NCBI GenBank assembly: GCA_963810095.1
Contig: CAWEMM010000009.1
Location: forward strand, 480,001-544,000
Length of the DNA: 64,000 nucleotides
Source of the DNA: an uncultured Chloroflexia bacterium
GTDB taxonomy: Bacteria > Chloroflexota > Anaerolineae > CG2-30-64-16
Reading direction: 5' to 3'
Shown: positions 51,842 to 60,526 of the stretch, in pieces
Numbering within the stretch: position 1 is the stretch's first letter
Layout: each line of letters starts with the position of its first letter
Made by a program: the position numbers and the translations under genes
Notes under the pieces: model-generated
What the model saw: only the letters and a program-made list of their open reading frames with translations
Databases searched by the model: none
What the model was told of the DNA's origin: nothing

Positions 51842-52500
51842 TTATGCCGCCATCCGGGCAGCCTGCGCGTCCAGCCCTTCGCCAGCGTGACGGCGGCCAT
51901 CGCGTCCAGGCCGAACGCATCCGCACCGGCGTACTTGCACACCTGCTCGTCCACCGTGCCGCCGCCGACCATGATCTTCACGCCGTCGCGCAGGCCCGCC
52001 GCCTTCATCGCGTCCACGGTTTGCCTTCATCGAGTCGTAGGACAGGGTCAGGAAGCCGCTGAGAGCGCCACGCACCTCGGGCTTGATCTCTGCCGACCTT
52101 GTTGACGAACGTCTCGACCGGCACGTCGATACCCAGATCGTGCACCTCGAAGCCGTTCACGTCAAGCATGAAGACCACGATATCCTTGCCGATGTCGTGG
52201 ATGTCGCCCTTGACGGTGCCGACGATGACCTTGCCGAGCTTGCTGCTCGCGGCCTCGTGTGCGTCCGTCATGTACGGCTTGACCTCGGCGGAGACGCCCT
52301 TGAGCATCTCGCCCGCGAGGATCAGCTCGGGGATGAAGTACTCGCCGTGCTCGAAGCGCTTGCCGACGACCTCCATGGCCGCTCGGCAGTCGTCGAGGAT
52401 CGTGCGTGGGCGACGTGCCGGCAGCCAGCAGCTCCTTCGTGAGCGCGAGCGCGCCCTCTTCGTCCATGTCCGCAATGGCGTTGATCAGTTCTTGAGACAT
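51842..52500 (-). CDS. Corrinoid (B12-binding) methyltransferase cognate protein; frameshifted
   Basis: YFIPELILAGE, GTVKGDIHDIGKDIV, LSGFLT, KIMVGGG. Confidence 0.92.
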
Positions 52501-52540
52501 TCTAGGCTCCTTTGACTGTTCTGGCTTCTATAGACTGGCT

Positions 52541-52620
52541 AACCACAAAGACACAATGAGGGGGTTTTCAGTTCCCCAGGGGGGCTATAGAAAACCTTTG
52601 TGTCCGGGTGCCTTTGTGGT
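52541..52620. repeat. REP-like hairpin (CACAAAG family)
   Basis: ACCACAAAGACACAA...TTTGTGTCC...CTTTGTGGT. Confidence 0.65.
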
Positions 52621-52633
52621 CAGCGGGTCGTCG

Positions 52634-53429
52634 TCATTCCAACAAGCCGGCCCTGTACGCCCGTGTGTACGCGAGGCAGTGCCGGTCGATCCCCAGGGTG
52701 GCCTCGGCCGCCAGCATGGCCTTCTTTAGTTCCCTGTCGAGCGGATCGAGGATGGCGCTGTCGAGCCCGGCTTCGAGCATGAGGGTCAGGAACGCCCGGT
52801 TGACGAGCGTGCGAACGGGCAGGCCGTAGGACACGTTGCTCAGGCCGGAGGTGAAGTGGACCTTCGGGAACTCCGCCTTGACCGCACGGACCGTCGCAAG
52901 CGCGACCCGGGCCGCGTCGCCGCTGGCGCCGATGGTCATAACGAGCGGGTCCACATAGACCTGCTCGTCGGGAATGCCGGCGTTCCGAGTGTGCCTCCAT
53001 CAGGCGCTGCACGATGGCAAGGCGCCCTTCCGCGGTCGTCGGGATGCCCTTGTCGTCCATGGCAGCGCGATCACGCCGCCCTGGGCCTGCGCGGCAAGCG
53101 GCAGGACGCCCGTGAGGCGGTTTGCTTCGCCGCTGATCGAGTTGATCAGGGGGCCTTCTTCACGTGGGGCAGCGCGGCGCGCGAGCGCGGCGGGGTTGGC
53201 GCTGTCGAGGCAGAGCGGCTTGTCGACGACCGCCTGGACCGTCTCGACCAGCCAGACCAGGTCTTCCGGCTCGCGATCGCTCGGCGTCCCTGCATTGACG
53301 TCGATCCAGGTGGAGCCGGCCTCGGCCTGGCTGCACGCCAGCTTCTCGATGAACGCCAGCGTCGCGGTTCAGAACGGCTTCCTTGACCGACTTGCGGGTG
53401 CCGTTGATCTTTTCGCCGATGATTTTCAT
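52634..53429 (-). CDS. Methyltetrahydrofolate:corrinoid methyltransferase (AcsE/pterin-binding); frameshifted
   Basis: MKIIGEKINGTRK, PLCLDSAN, LINSISGE, DPLV, SGLSNVSYGLP, GLDSAILDP. Confidence 0.9.
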
Positions 53430-53441
53430 GCTGAACGTCCT

Positions 53442-54128
53442 TCAACCTTTGTCTGTGGCTGTCTCTGGGAAGAAATGGCTGGTAAGTGATGGTCTCGCCC
53501 GGAGGCACGACGATGAAATCGTCATCCCAGGGGCCAAGAGCATCTTGCGGACCAAGTCGTTCGAGCCCTGGATTTCCTCGAAGCGCAGGTCCCAGCGCTG
53601 CGCCAGGCGCCTGGGTGTACTCGCGATAGGGGGTCATGTCGTCGCCGTCGACCGGTATCAATCAGGGCGAGGCGGGTATAGTGCTTGATGGAGAGGCGAA
53701 TGAGGCGCTCGGCGCGCGCCGCACCGTACTTCTCGACCAGCCGGTCGTACTCGCTGAACGGCGTGTCGCCCACCTCGATCCAGCCCTTGGTGAGATAGTA
53801 GGTGCCGGGCTCGCCTCTGACTTGCTTGGTGTACGCTTCGCGCGAGCCGAGGAAGATGCGAGATGCAGTCGTCGACGTGGGGCACGACCAGCGTGCAGCC
53901 GTTGGCCTTGAGCCCCACCACCGCCATGCTGCAGAACCCGTAGCCCAGGACGATGGTTTCTGCCTCGGCAGCCGATGCGTCGATGGCTGCCTGCAGCGCA
54001 GCCTTGAGCGACGCGGGGTTGACGTGCAGGCCAAAGTCAAGCACCTGGCGCGGCATGTCCTCGGGAAGAAGCGGCAGCATCTCTTCCATCACGGTGGCGC
54101 AGGCGAGCACTTTTCGGGAATGGAGCAC
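53442..54128 (-). CDS. DUF1638 domain-containing protein; frameshifted
   Basis: VLACATV, DFGLHVNP, LGYGFCS, VDDCI, GTYYLTKGW, WDDDFIVVPPG; start uncertain. Confidence 0.85.
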
Positions 54129-54335
54129 GGTCGGCTCCAGTGGCGAGAATAGTGATGTGGACTCGTGGACGGCAGACCTGGGGGCCCGGCCTCTCCACCC
54201 GGCGATAGAAGCTGCCATGATACTATAGTACCCTAGGGAACTTGTCAAGTGGGAAAACGTCATATATGATGATCTTCAAGACAAGCATCGCGGAAGACGT
54301 GCACCCTGGCGCGTCCACCGGAAGTCGAAGTTCGC

Positions 54336-55130
54336 ATGGCCATCAGAGAACCGCCGTTTCCCGCCCGCAAGGCGTCGCACGTCCCGGCATCGACCGGGAG
54401 TCCTTCGAGCCGCCTTACCACCAGCTTGCCAGCTATCCTCCGCCGCCAAATCTCCGCGGGCGGACTGCGGCCGGGCGACCGCCTGCCTTCGGAAGCCCAG
54501 ATGTGCGGGCGGTATGATGTCAGCCCCATGACCGTGCGGCGGGCCATCAACATCCTGCTGGACGAGGGGTTGGTCACCGCCAGCCGCGGCCGCGGCACGT
54601 TCGTGAAGCCGCTCGGTCTGGGCACGGCCACCTTTGGCCTGCAGGCGCTGGAAGACGCTGTTCAGCGCCGAGGACACGACGGTGCGGTTTCTGTCGGTGC
54701 GGACGATCAAGGCGACGCCGCGCATCAGCGAGAACCTCGCGGTGCCCGATGGATGACAAGGTGATCACGATCCGGCGCCTGCTCTCCGTCGCGGCGAGCC
54801 GGTCGCGTTTCACCGCGAGTATCTCGTCTTCGATCCGGCCCGCCCGATTGTAGAGGCCGAGATGGGCATCACGAGCCTGCAGGGGCTTTTCGACGGCCGG
54901 GGCGAGACCGTGCTCAAGCGGGGCAACCTGGGCATCGAGACCACGACGCTGACCGAAGAGGAGTCGAAACTGCTGCGGGTGCCCGCTGGGCAGCGCCGCC
55001 TTCCGCATCCAGCAACGTTTTTTGACTTTGACGACCGCCCGGTGAGCTGGGGCTGGTTCATCGTGCGCGGCGATCGCTTGCGTTTCAATGCGACCGTGGG
55101 CGTTCGAGGCTCCGCGCCGCAAATAAGGCG
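54336..55130 (+). CDS. GntR (HutC/UTRA) family regulator; frameshifted, end approximate
   Basis: GDRLPSEAQMCGRYDVSPMTVRRAI...RGRGTFV; C-terminal DFDDRPVSWGWF. Confidence 0.8.
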
Positions 55131-55155
55131 GCGCAGTTGCCGGATGGACGGTGAG

Positions 55156-55832
55156 ATGAACGACAGGATGCGGCCCGAGCAGGGGAATCTGCAGGGCGGC
55201 ACGCGCTGGCAGTGCGGTGGCCGACCTGCGCGAGAACGAGGTGCTCGACATGGTGCAGGCGCGCATGGCCGCCGGCGACGATCCGCTGCAGATCATCGAG
55301 GACTGCCAGGCGGGATGCGCGAGGTGGGCGAGCGCTACGCCCGGCAGGCGTTACTACCTCTCCGGGCCTGATCATGGCCGGCGAGATCCTCCGCGAGGTG
55401 ATGGAAATCGTGATGCCGTCAGTGGTCGAGCGGTTTTCCGGCCAGGCTGCCGGCCGGGTGTTGCTGGGCACGGTGCAGGGCGACATTCACGACCTGGGCA
55501 AGAACCTGCTGCTGATGCTGCTGCAATGCCATGGCTTCACCGTCGAGGACCTGGGCGTCGACGTGGCGCCTGCTGCCTTCGTGGCCGAGGCGCGCGCGGT
55601 TCAAGCCGCACGTCATCGGGCTATCCGGGCCTGATCACCGCCGCCTACGTCAACATGCGTGAGACCGTCGCCGCGCTGCGCAAGATGATGGCCGAAGACG
55701 GCACGCCCATCCCGATCCTGCTGGGCGGACAGGTGGACGAGCAGGTGTGCCAGTATCGTGGGCGCGGATTATTGGTCGACCGACGCGATGGAAGGCGTGC
55801 GGTTGTGCCAGCGGCTGGTCGGAGAAGGCTAG
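55156..55832 (+). CDS. Second corrinoid (B12-binding) protein; frameshifted
   Basis: YYLSGLIMAGE, LGTVQGDIHDLGKNL, DLGVDV, ILLGG, STDAMEGV. Confidence 0.85.
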
Positions 55833-55865
55833 CCGTAAGCATCGCGGCGCTCCGACAGGATGTAG

Positions 55866-55896
55866 AAAACAAACAGGCCCCGCGTCAGCGGGGCCC
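55866..55896 (-). terminator. Terminator downstream of tRNA-Glu (possibly bidirectional)
   Basis: Minus strand GGCCCCGC-TGAC-GCGGGGCC followed by TGTTTGTTTT. Confidence 0.65.
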
Positions 55897-55918
55897 GTGC
55901 TTGCATGGGTACATGCTA

Positions 55919-55991
55919 TGCCCCCAAGGGGATTCGAACCCCTGCACCAGGCTTGAAAGGCCTGTGTCCTGGTCCTCTAGACGATGGGGGC
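55919..55991 (-). tRNA. tRNA-Glu (TTC), CCA not encoded
   Basis: GCCCCCA acceptor stem, anticodon arm CAGGC-CTTTCAA-GCCTG, T-arm AGGGG-TTCGAAT-CCCCT. Confidence 0.96.
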
Positions 55992-56011
55992 GTGCCGGAT
56001 TAACGTAGAGA

Positions 56012-56040
56012 ATTGTACCAGAGGCCGCGCGTGTGCGCAA
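56012..56040 (-). promoter_or_regulatory. tRNA promoter
   Basis: TTGCGC, 17 nt spacer, extended -10 TGG-TACAAT on the minus strand. Confidence 0.6.
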
Positions 56041-56174
56041 AAACCACGGGGTGACTTCTGGCGCTGGACGGCCCACCCTCCCAAAGACGCGGCCCTCCGC
56101 CGCGGAGGTTTCCTCCCTGCCCCGTGTCGCCCCGGGGATCGGCTGCCCCGCGGTGACGCGCTTGATGCGCCCGC

Positions 56175-56912
56175 TTACCGCCGCACCGGGCACGCATTCG
56201 TCAGCCCGCAGACCCCGCAGGCTTCGCGAATCGCCTCGCGCTCGCCGTCGCGCAGCAAGCCGTGCTTCTCCCGGTTCGTAATGAGCTTGTCCACCGCGCC
56301 GGGCGGGAAGGGCAACTCGCGGCCCAGCGCCAGGAGCTTGTAGGTGACCTCGGCCGCGTTCTCCAGTTTTTCCAGCTTCAGATAGGCATCCCACACGGAC
56401 TTGCCGACGGTGACGCTGCCATGCCGCTGGAGGATGACTGCGTCGTGTTGGCGGATCAGTTCGCGAATCACGACCGCGCCCTCGGCGCTGGCCGGGGTGG
56501 CATACTCGGTGGTGGGGATCAGCCCGAGCGTCACGATGACTTCGGGCAGCAGGCAGCGGGCCAGCGAGACGCCGGCGATGGACAGCGTGATCGCATTCGT
56601 GGGATGCGCGTGCACGACGGCCCTAATCTCGGGCCGCTGCCGGTACGCTTCGAGGTGCAGCAGGATCTCGGACGAGGGCTTGAGCGTGCGAGCCGGACCG
56701 TAGCGGGATTCGCCCACCGGCCGCGCGTCCCAGTCGATCACGACCATCTGGTCCGGCGTCATGTACCCCTTGCTCAAGCCGCTGGGCGTGACCAGGAAGC
56801 GATCCGCATCGAGCCGGGCAGACAGGTTGCCGTCGGTGGCCGTCACGTACCCGCGCATGTGCATCAGCTGGCCGATGCGCACGAACTCCTCGCGCAGCGC
56901 CCGCTCGGTCAT
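56175..56912 (-). CDS. Class II aldolase/adducin family (fuculose-1-phosphate aldolase-like), probably microcompartment-associated
   Basis: DGNLSAR, TPSG, PSSEILLH, VVHAHP, LQRHG. Confidence 0.9.
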   Translation of the reverse strand: MTERALREEFVRIGQLMHMRGYVTATDGNLSARLDADRFLVTPSGLSKGYMTPDQMVVIDWDARPVGESRYGPARTLKPSSEILLHLEAYRQRPEIRAVVHAHPTNAITLSIAGVSLARCLLPEVIVTLGLIPTTEYATPASAEGAVVIRELIRQHDAVILQRHGSVTVGKSVWDAYLKLEKLENAAEVTYKLLALGRELPFPPGAVDKLITNREKHGLLRDGEREAIREACGVCGLTNACPVRR

Positions 56913-57025
56913 CGCAGCGCCGTTTCCCGCATAACTCCCGTAACCCATGAATCCTCGCTTGCAGAATGGACAAGAAGGCAGGTTTCTCCACGCCAGCGAA
57001 CCTGGCGCAGCAACCTGGCTTCTTG

Positions 57026-57301
57026 CTAACCCGTGATATCTACCTCGTCGACGATGCCCACGATCACGCAGCGTACCGGGCCCCATGGCTCCACGTTCAG
57101 CACCTGGCGCGCACCGGTGCCCTCGTCCAGGACGAGCACCCGGTCGCCCACGCCGGCCTGCACGCTGTCCACGGCGATATCGTACTTTGGCATGGGGCGC
57201 CCTGCCAGGTCGAGACGCTCGACCAGGAGCAGCTTGTGCCCGCCAAACATGGGGTGTTTGATCGTCGCAACGACCGTGCCGGCGACCTGTCCGATGTACA
57301 T
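57026..57301 (-). CDS. BMC vertex protein (EutN/CcmL family)
   Basis: GQVAGTVVATIKH...KLLLV...AVDSVQAGVGDRVL...IVGIVD. Confidence 0.93.
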   Translation of the reverse strand: MYIGQVAGTVVATIKHPMFGGHKLLLVERLDLAGRPMPKYDIAVDSVQAGVGDRVLVLDEGTGARQVLNVEPWGPVRCVIVGIVDEVDITG

Positions 57302-57333
57302 CGGGTTACCCTTCTCTCCGGCAAGCCGGTTTT

Positions 57334-57606
57334 CTAGCGGTGCAGGTCCACTTCGTCCACGATGCCCACGATGGCGTGGTCCACGGGCACGAACGTCTGG
57401 GGCAGCGCCAGCGCGGCCTCCCGGCTGGCGATGATGAAAACGAGTTCGCCCGGCCCCGCCTGCGCGGTGGCATCCGCCGCCACGACGGGCTCGCCCTGGG
57501 GCCGCTGCTCGCGGTCGAGCGGCTGCACGATCAGCAGCTTAACGCCTTCGAGCCCGGTGTACTTTTCAGAGGCAACCAGGGTGCCGATAACAGTGGCCAG
57601 TTGCAT
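57334..57606 (-). CDS. BMC vertex protein (EutN/CcmL family)
   Basis: MQLATVIGTLVASEK...KLLIVQP...AGPGELV...SREA...PVDHAIVGIVD. Confidence 0.93.
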   Translation of the reverse strand: MQLATVIGTLVASEKYTGLEGVKLLIVQPLDREQRPQGEPVVAADATAQAGPGELVFIIASREAALALPQTFVPVDHAIVGIVDEVDLHR

Positions 57607-57796
57607 AGCAGGTCCGTAAGCAGATGAGATGAGTGTCGAATGACGAGACGAGTTTACCACAAAGACACCAGGACACGAAGGGAGACCGCGCCCGGTGATT
57701 GCGGGCCCTGCCGCGGGTGCGCGCGTCCTGCCGTCGAAGAGTGAGCGTCAACGGCGAGGTAGCGGGATGGGACCCACGTCCGGGCGTCTCCGTGTT

Positions 57797-58398
57797 TCAG
57801 TCTTTTCGCGTCGTTGGCTGCGGGTTCTTGATGTTCTGCGCGGCCAGCCGTACCGTTTCGGCTACCCGCCTGGCGCGCGTCTCGGGCCGCTTGGCGGTCC
57901 TGATCCAGCGAAGGTACGCGATCCGGGCGCCGGGACTGAATGCTGCGAAGTTGCGGGCCGCCGCCGCGTTCCCCCCGAGCGCAGCGGCCAGGTCGTCCGG
58001 TACAGCCGGATCCTCAATCGCTTCCAGCGCGGTTCCACGACCCGTCCGCCTGCGCCTGCTCGATCTTCGCCATGCCTGCAGGCGTCATGCGCCCCTGCTC
58101 GATCAGCCGCGCGACCCGCTCCTTGTTCGACCTGGCCCATGTGCCCACCGGCCTTGCGCGGCGTGAAGGTCACGAGCGCTTCGCTCGGCATCGACCGACT
58201 TCGCCTTGCTGTCGATCCAGCCGAAGCAGAGGGCTTCTTCGACGGCCTCCTCGTAGCGAATGCCCGACCAGCGCTGTCTTTCTTCGCATAGATCAGCCAG
58301 ACGCCGCGGGAGTTGGCGTGGTTGGCCTCCAGCCAGGCCCGCCATTCCGCAGCGGTCACGGGCGATATAGTTGCATATTCCGGTTTCGTCGCCGTCAT
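57797..58398 (-). CDS. YdeI/OmpD-associated family protein; frameshifted
   Basis: EWRAWLEANH, EEALCFGWIDS, WARSNKERV, GRMTPAG, AKRPETR. Confidence 0.85.
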
Positions 58399-58546
58399 GC
58401 TCGATCCTCATGGCCTCTGCCGGTGCGTCTCGGCCCTTCGCGCCTCAAACATTGTAGCAGGGATGCGGACGAGTGTGGTAAAATCACAACCCGCAGGTGG
58501 TCCGCTTCATTCTACGGCGGACAGGCCGCACGAGAAAGGCCGCAGC

Positions 58547-59771
58547 TTGAGCAAAGTCATCATCGCGTGCGCACAGCAACAGATGCGTCTGTTCGAGTCT
58601 TCGGATGGCTTTCGCCGCGAGATCAGCCGGTTTCTTAACATGGCGCGTGCCAAGGGCGTCCAGCTCGCCGTTTTTCCGCCCCTCGTCGGCGTCATGGCGG
58701 CCAGCGCCCGGGTGCAGGGGTTCAGCGTGCGGTTGCTCAAGCAGGCGGCGGAGCGCCAGCGCACGCGCAGCTCGTTGTGGTCGCGCACGCGCGGCGCGGT
58801 TGCCGAGGGGACGGCGTCGCTCCTGGGGGCCAGCTTCCGCAAGTCCTTCGTCCAGCTGCTGGCGAGTGACCCCGCGGGAATGGTGAGCGATTACGAGGCA
58901 ACGTTCGCCGAACTGGCCCGCGCGTACGAGTTGGCGATCGTGGCGGGCAGCGCGTACGTGCCGGATGCGAACGGCATCGTGCGCCACCGTTCGAGCGTGT
59001 TCGGCCCCGACGGCGCCATTCTCGGCCGGCACGACAAGATGATCCTCTCGCCCGAGGACCAGGCGCTCGCGCAGCCAGGGGACGCGTGGCACGTCATCGC
59101 CACGCCCGCCGGCCGCGTCGGCATCTTGCTCGGCGAGGAGGCGCTTTATCCCGAAGCGGGCCGCATCCTGGCCTACGAGGGCGCCGACATCCTGGTCACC
59201 CTCGCCGCGGTCGGCGACGACACGCTGGCCGCACACATCCGGCACGCCACCATTGCCCGCAGCCAGGATAATCGTTGCTTCGCGGTGGCGAGCTTCCTCG
59301 TCGGGCGCAATTACATGGCAGCGGACGAGGGCTCCGCGCCGGCGTTTATCGGGCAAGTCGGGCATATACGCACCCCTGGAGATGACGCCCCGGACGACCG
59401 GGGTCCTCGTCGAGATGGGGACGGCAGAGGCAGAGGGCTTGCTGACCGCGGAACTGGACCGCCCAAAGCTGCAGTGGCTCTGGACGCACGGCAGTTATTC
59501 GGTGCGCGCAAACATGCCGGTGGGGTTGTTCAGCCGGTATTTGCCGGCGCTCTACGGCAGTGGGCGGACGCTGGCCGAAGAATGGCCCGAGGAGGGGACG
59601 GCGGCGCTCGCGCCCGACGCCAGCACACAGCTGCCGGCCGCGGCGAGCGATGACGAAGGGGCGCCGAGCGCACGTGTGCGGACGGGCGAAGAGTCCGGAC
59701 AGCCAACGCCGCTCGAGCCAGACCAGGCGTCTGGGTCCGCTGAGTTTGGTGGAGAGGGCGAGGGGATCTAG
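58547..59771 (+). CDS. Carbon-nitrogen hydrolase (nitrilase-fold) protein lacking catalytic Glu and Cys; frameshift near 59350
   Basis: LAVFPPL, IVAGS, FGPDG.ILGRHDKMIL, TPAGRVGILLGEEALYPEAGRILA, ARSQDN, GKSGIYAP. Confidence 0.8.
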
Positions 59772-59802
59772 GTGAGCGTGAGGCTCGGCACGAGCCCTAT
59801 CC

Positions 59803-59836
59803 TCGTACAGGCGCCCAAGTGCGGGCGCCCGTACGA
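59803..59836. terminator. Hairpin between convergent genes
   Basis: TCGTACAGGCGCCC...GGGCGCCCGTACGA. Confidence 0.5.
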
Positions 59837-59851
59837 GAAGGCGATGGTCTG

Positions 59852-60082
59852 TTAGGGCTTGAACAGGTCGTCAAACTGCCGCAGCAGCGCCAGCATTGCG
59901 ACGCCGATCTTGATGAAGTCTCCCGCGGAGGCGTTCATCTTTGGCGGCAGCCCCTTGGTGGCAATGGCATTCTCGTACTGCGCCTCGCGTTGGCGCATGT
60001 AGGTCCATGCCGCGCCTGCGCCAACGGTAGCGCCAACAAGAGTGCCTAGCAGGATGGCCGTCGTCTTCGGACTCAAATTCAC
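59852..60082 (-). CDS. Small membrane protein with glycine zipper (YtxH-like)
   Basis: ILLGTLVGATVGAGAAW; GAGGT RBS inside the upstream gene end. Confidence 0.6.
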   Translation of the reverse strand: MNLSPKTTAILLGTLVGATVGAGAAWTYMRQREAQYENAIATKGLPPKMNASAGDFIKIGVAMLALLRQFDDLFKP

Positions 60083-60084
60083 GT

Positions 60085-60390
60085 CTACACCTCTCGTCGC
60101 TTAAGGAGGGAAACGGTTCCCCGGCCAATCGCCTGGACCCGGGCGGTCGTCTCGCTGACCCTGATAACCGGTTCGACGACCTTGTCCGCAGTCTGGTGCG
60201 TCACTTCGTTCACCCGGCGGAACACCTCTTGTACCTTCGGCGAGACCTCGCGCAGCTTCTTGTCGGCCGCCCAGAGACCCCGGATGGAGAAGAAGAGGAT
60301 GATCCCCGGGATGAGCATGAGCACGGCGACTTCGAGGCACAAGAGAATGACCGAAAACGAGGTCCAGGTGCTCAAGGTAGACAGGTCCAT
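60085..60390 (-). CDS. Small membrane protein (TM helix + amphipathic helix)
   Basis: GGAGG RBS; hydrophobic N-half; coupled to the downstream gene. Confidence 0.6.
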   Translation of the reverse strand: MDLSTLSTWTSFSVILLCLEVAVLMLIPGIILFFSIRGLWAADKKLREVSPKVQEVFRRVNEVTHQTADKVVEPVIRVSETTARVQAIGRGTVSLLKRREV

Positions 60391-60526
60391 CCATCCCTCC
60401 CGGCTTGTAGCTCAACGCACAACATTGTAGCAGAAGACGTGCTTGCAGGCAAGCAACATCTGGAGGGTGAGCAGATAGAGCAATTGACGCGAGGTGTCAT
60501 AGTGCAATGGCTGTAGAGGACAGGGC

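Noticed and set aside
54130-54335. Cobalamin riboswitch upstream of the corrinoid operon
   Set aside because: No recognisable B12-box or conserved core; the region looks like divergent promoters
45892-55832. Calling the frameshifted genes pseudogenes or programmed frameshifts
   Set aside because: Motifs are intact on both sides of the shifts, no consistent slippery motif was seen, and essential trmD shows the same pattern
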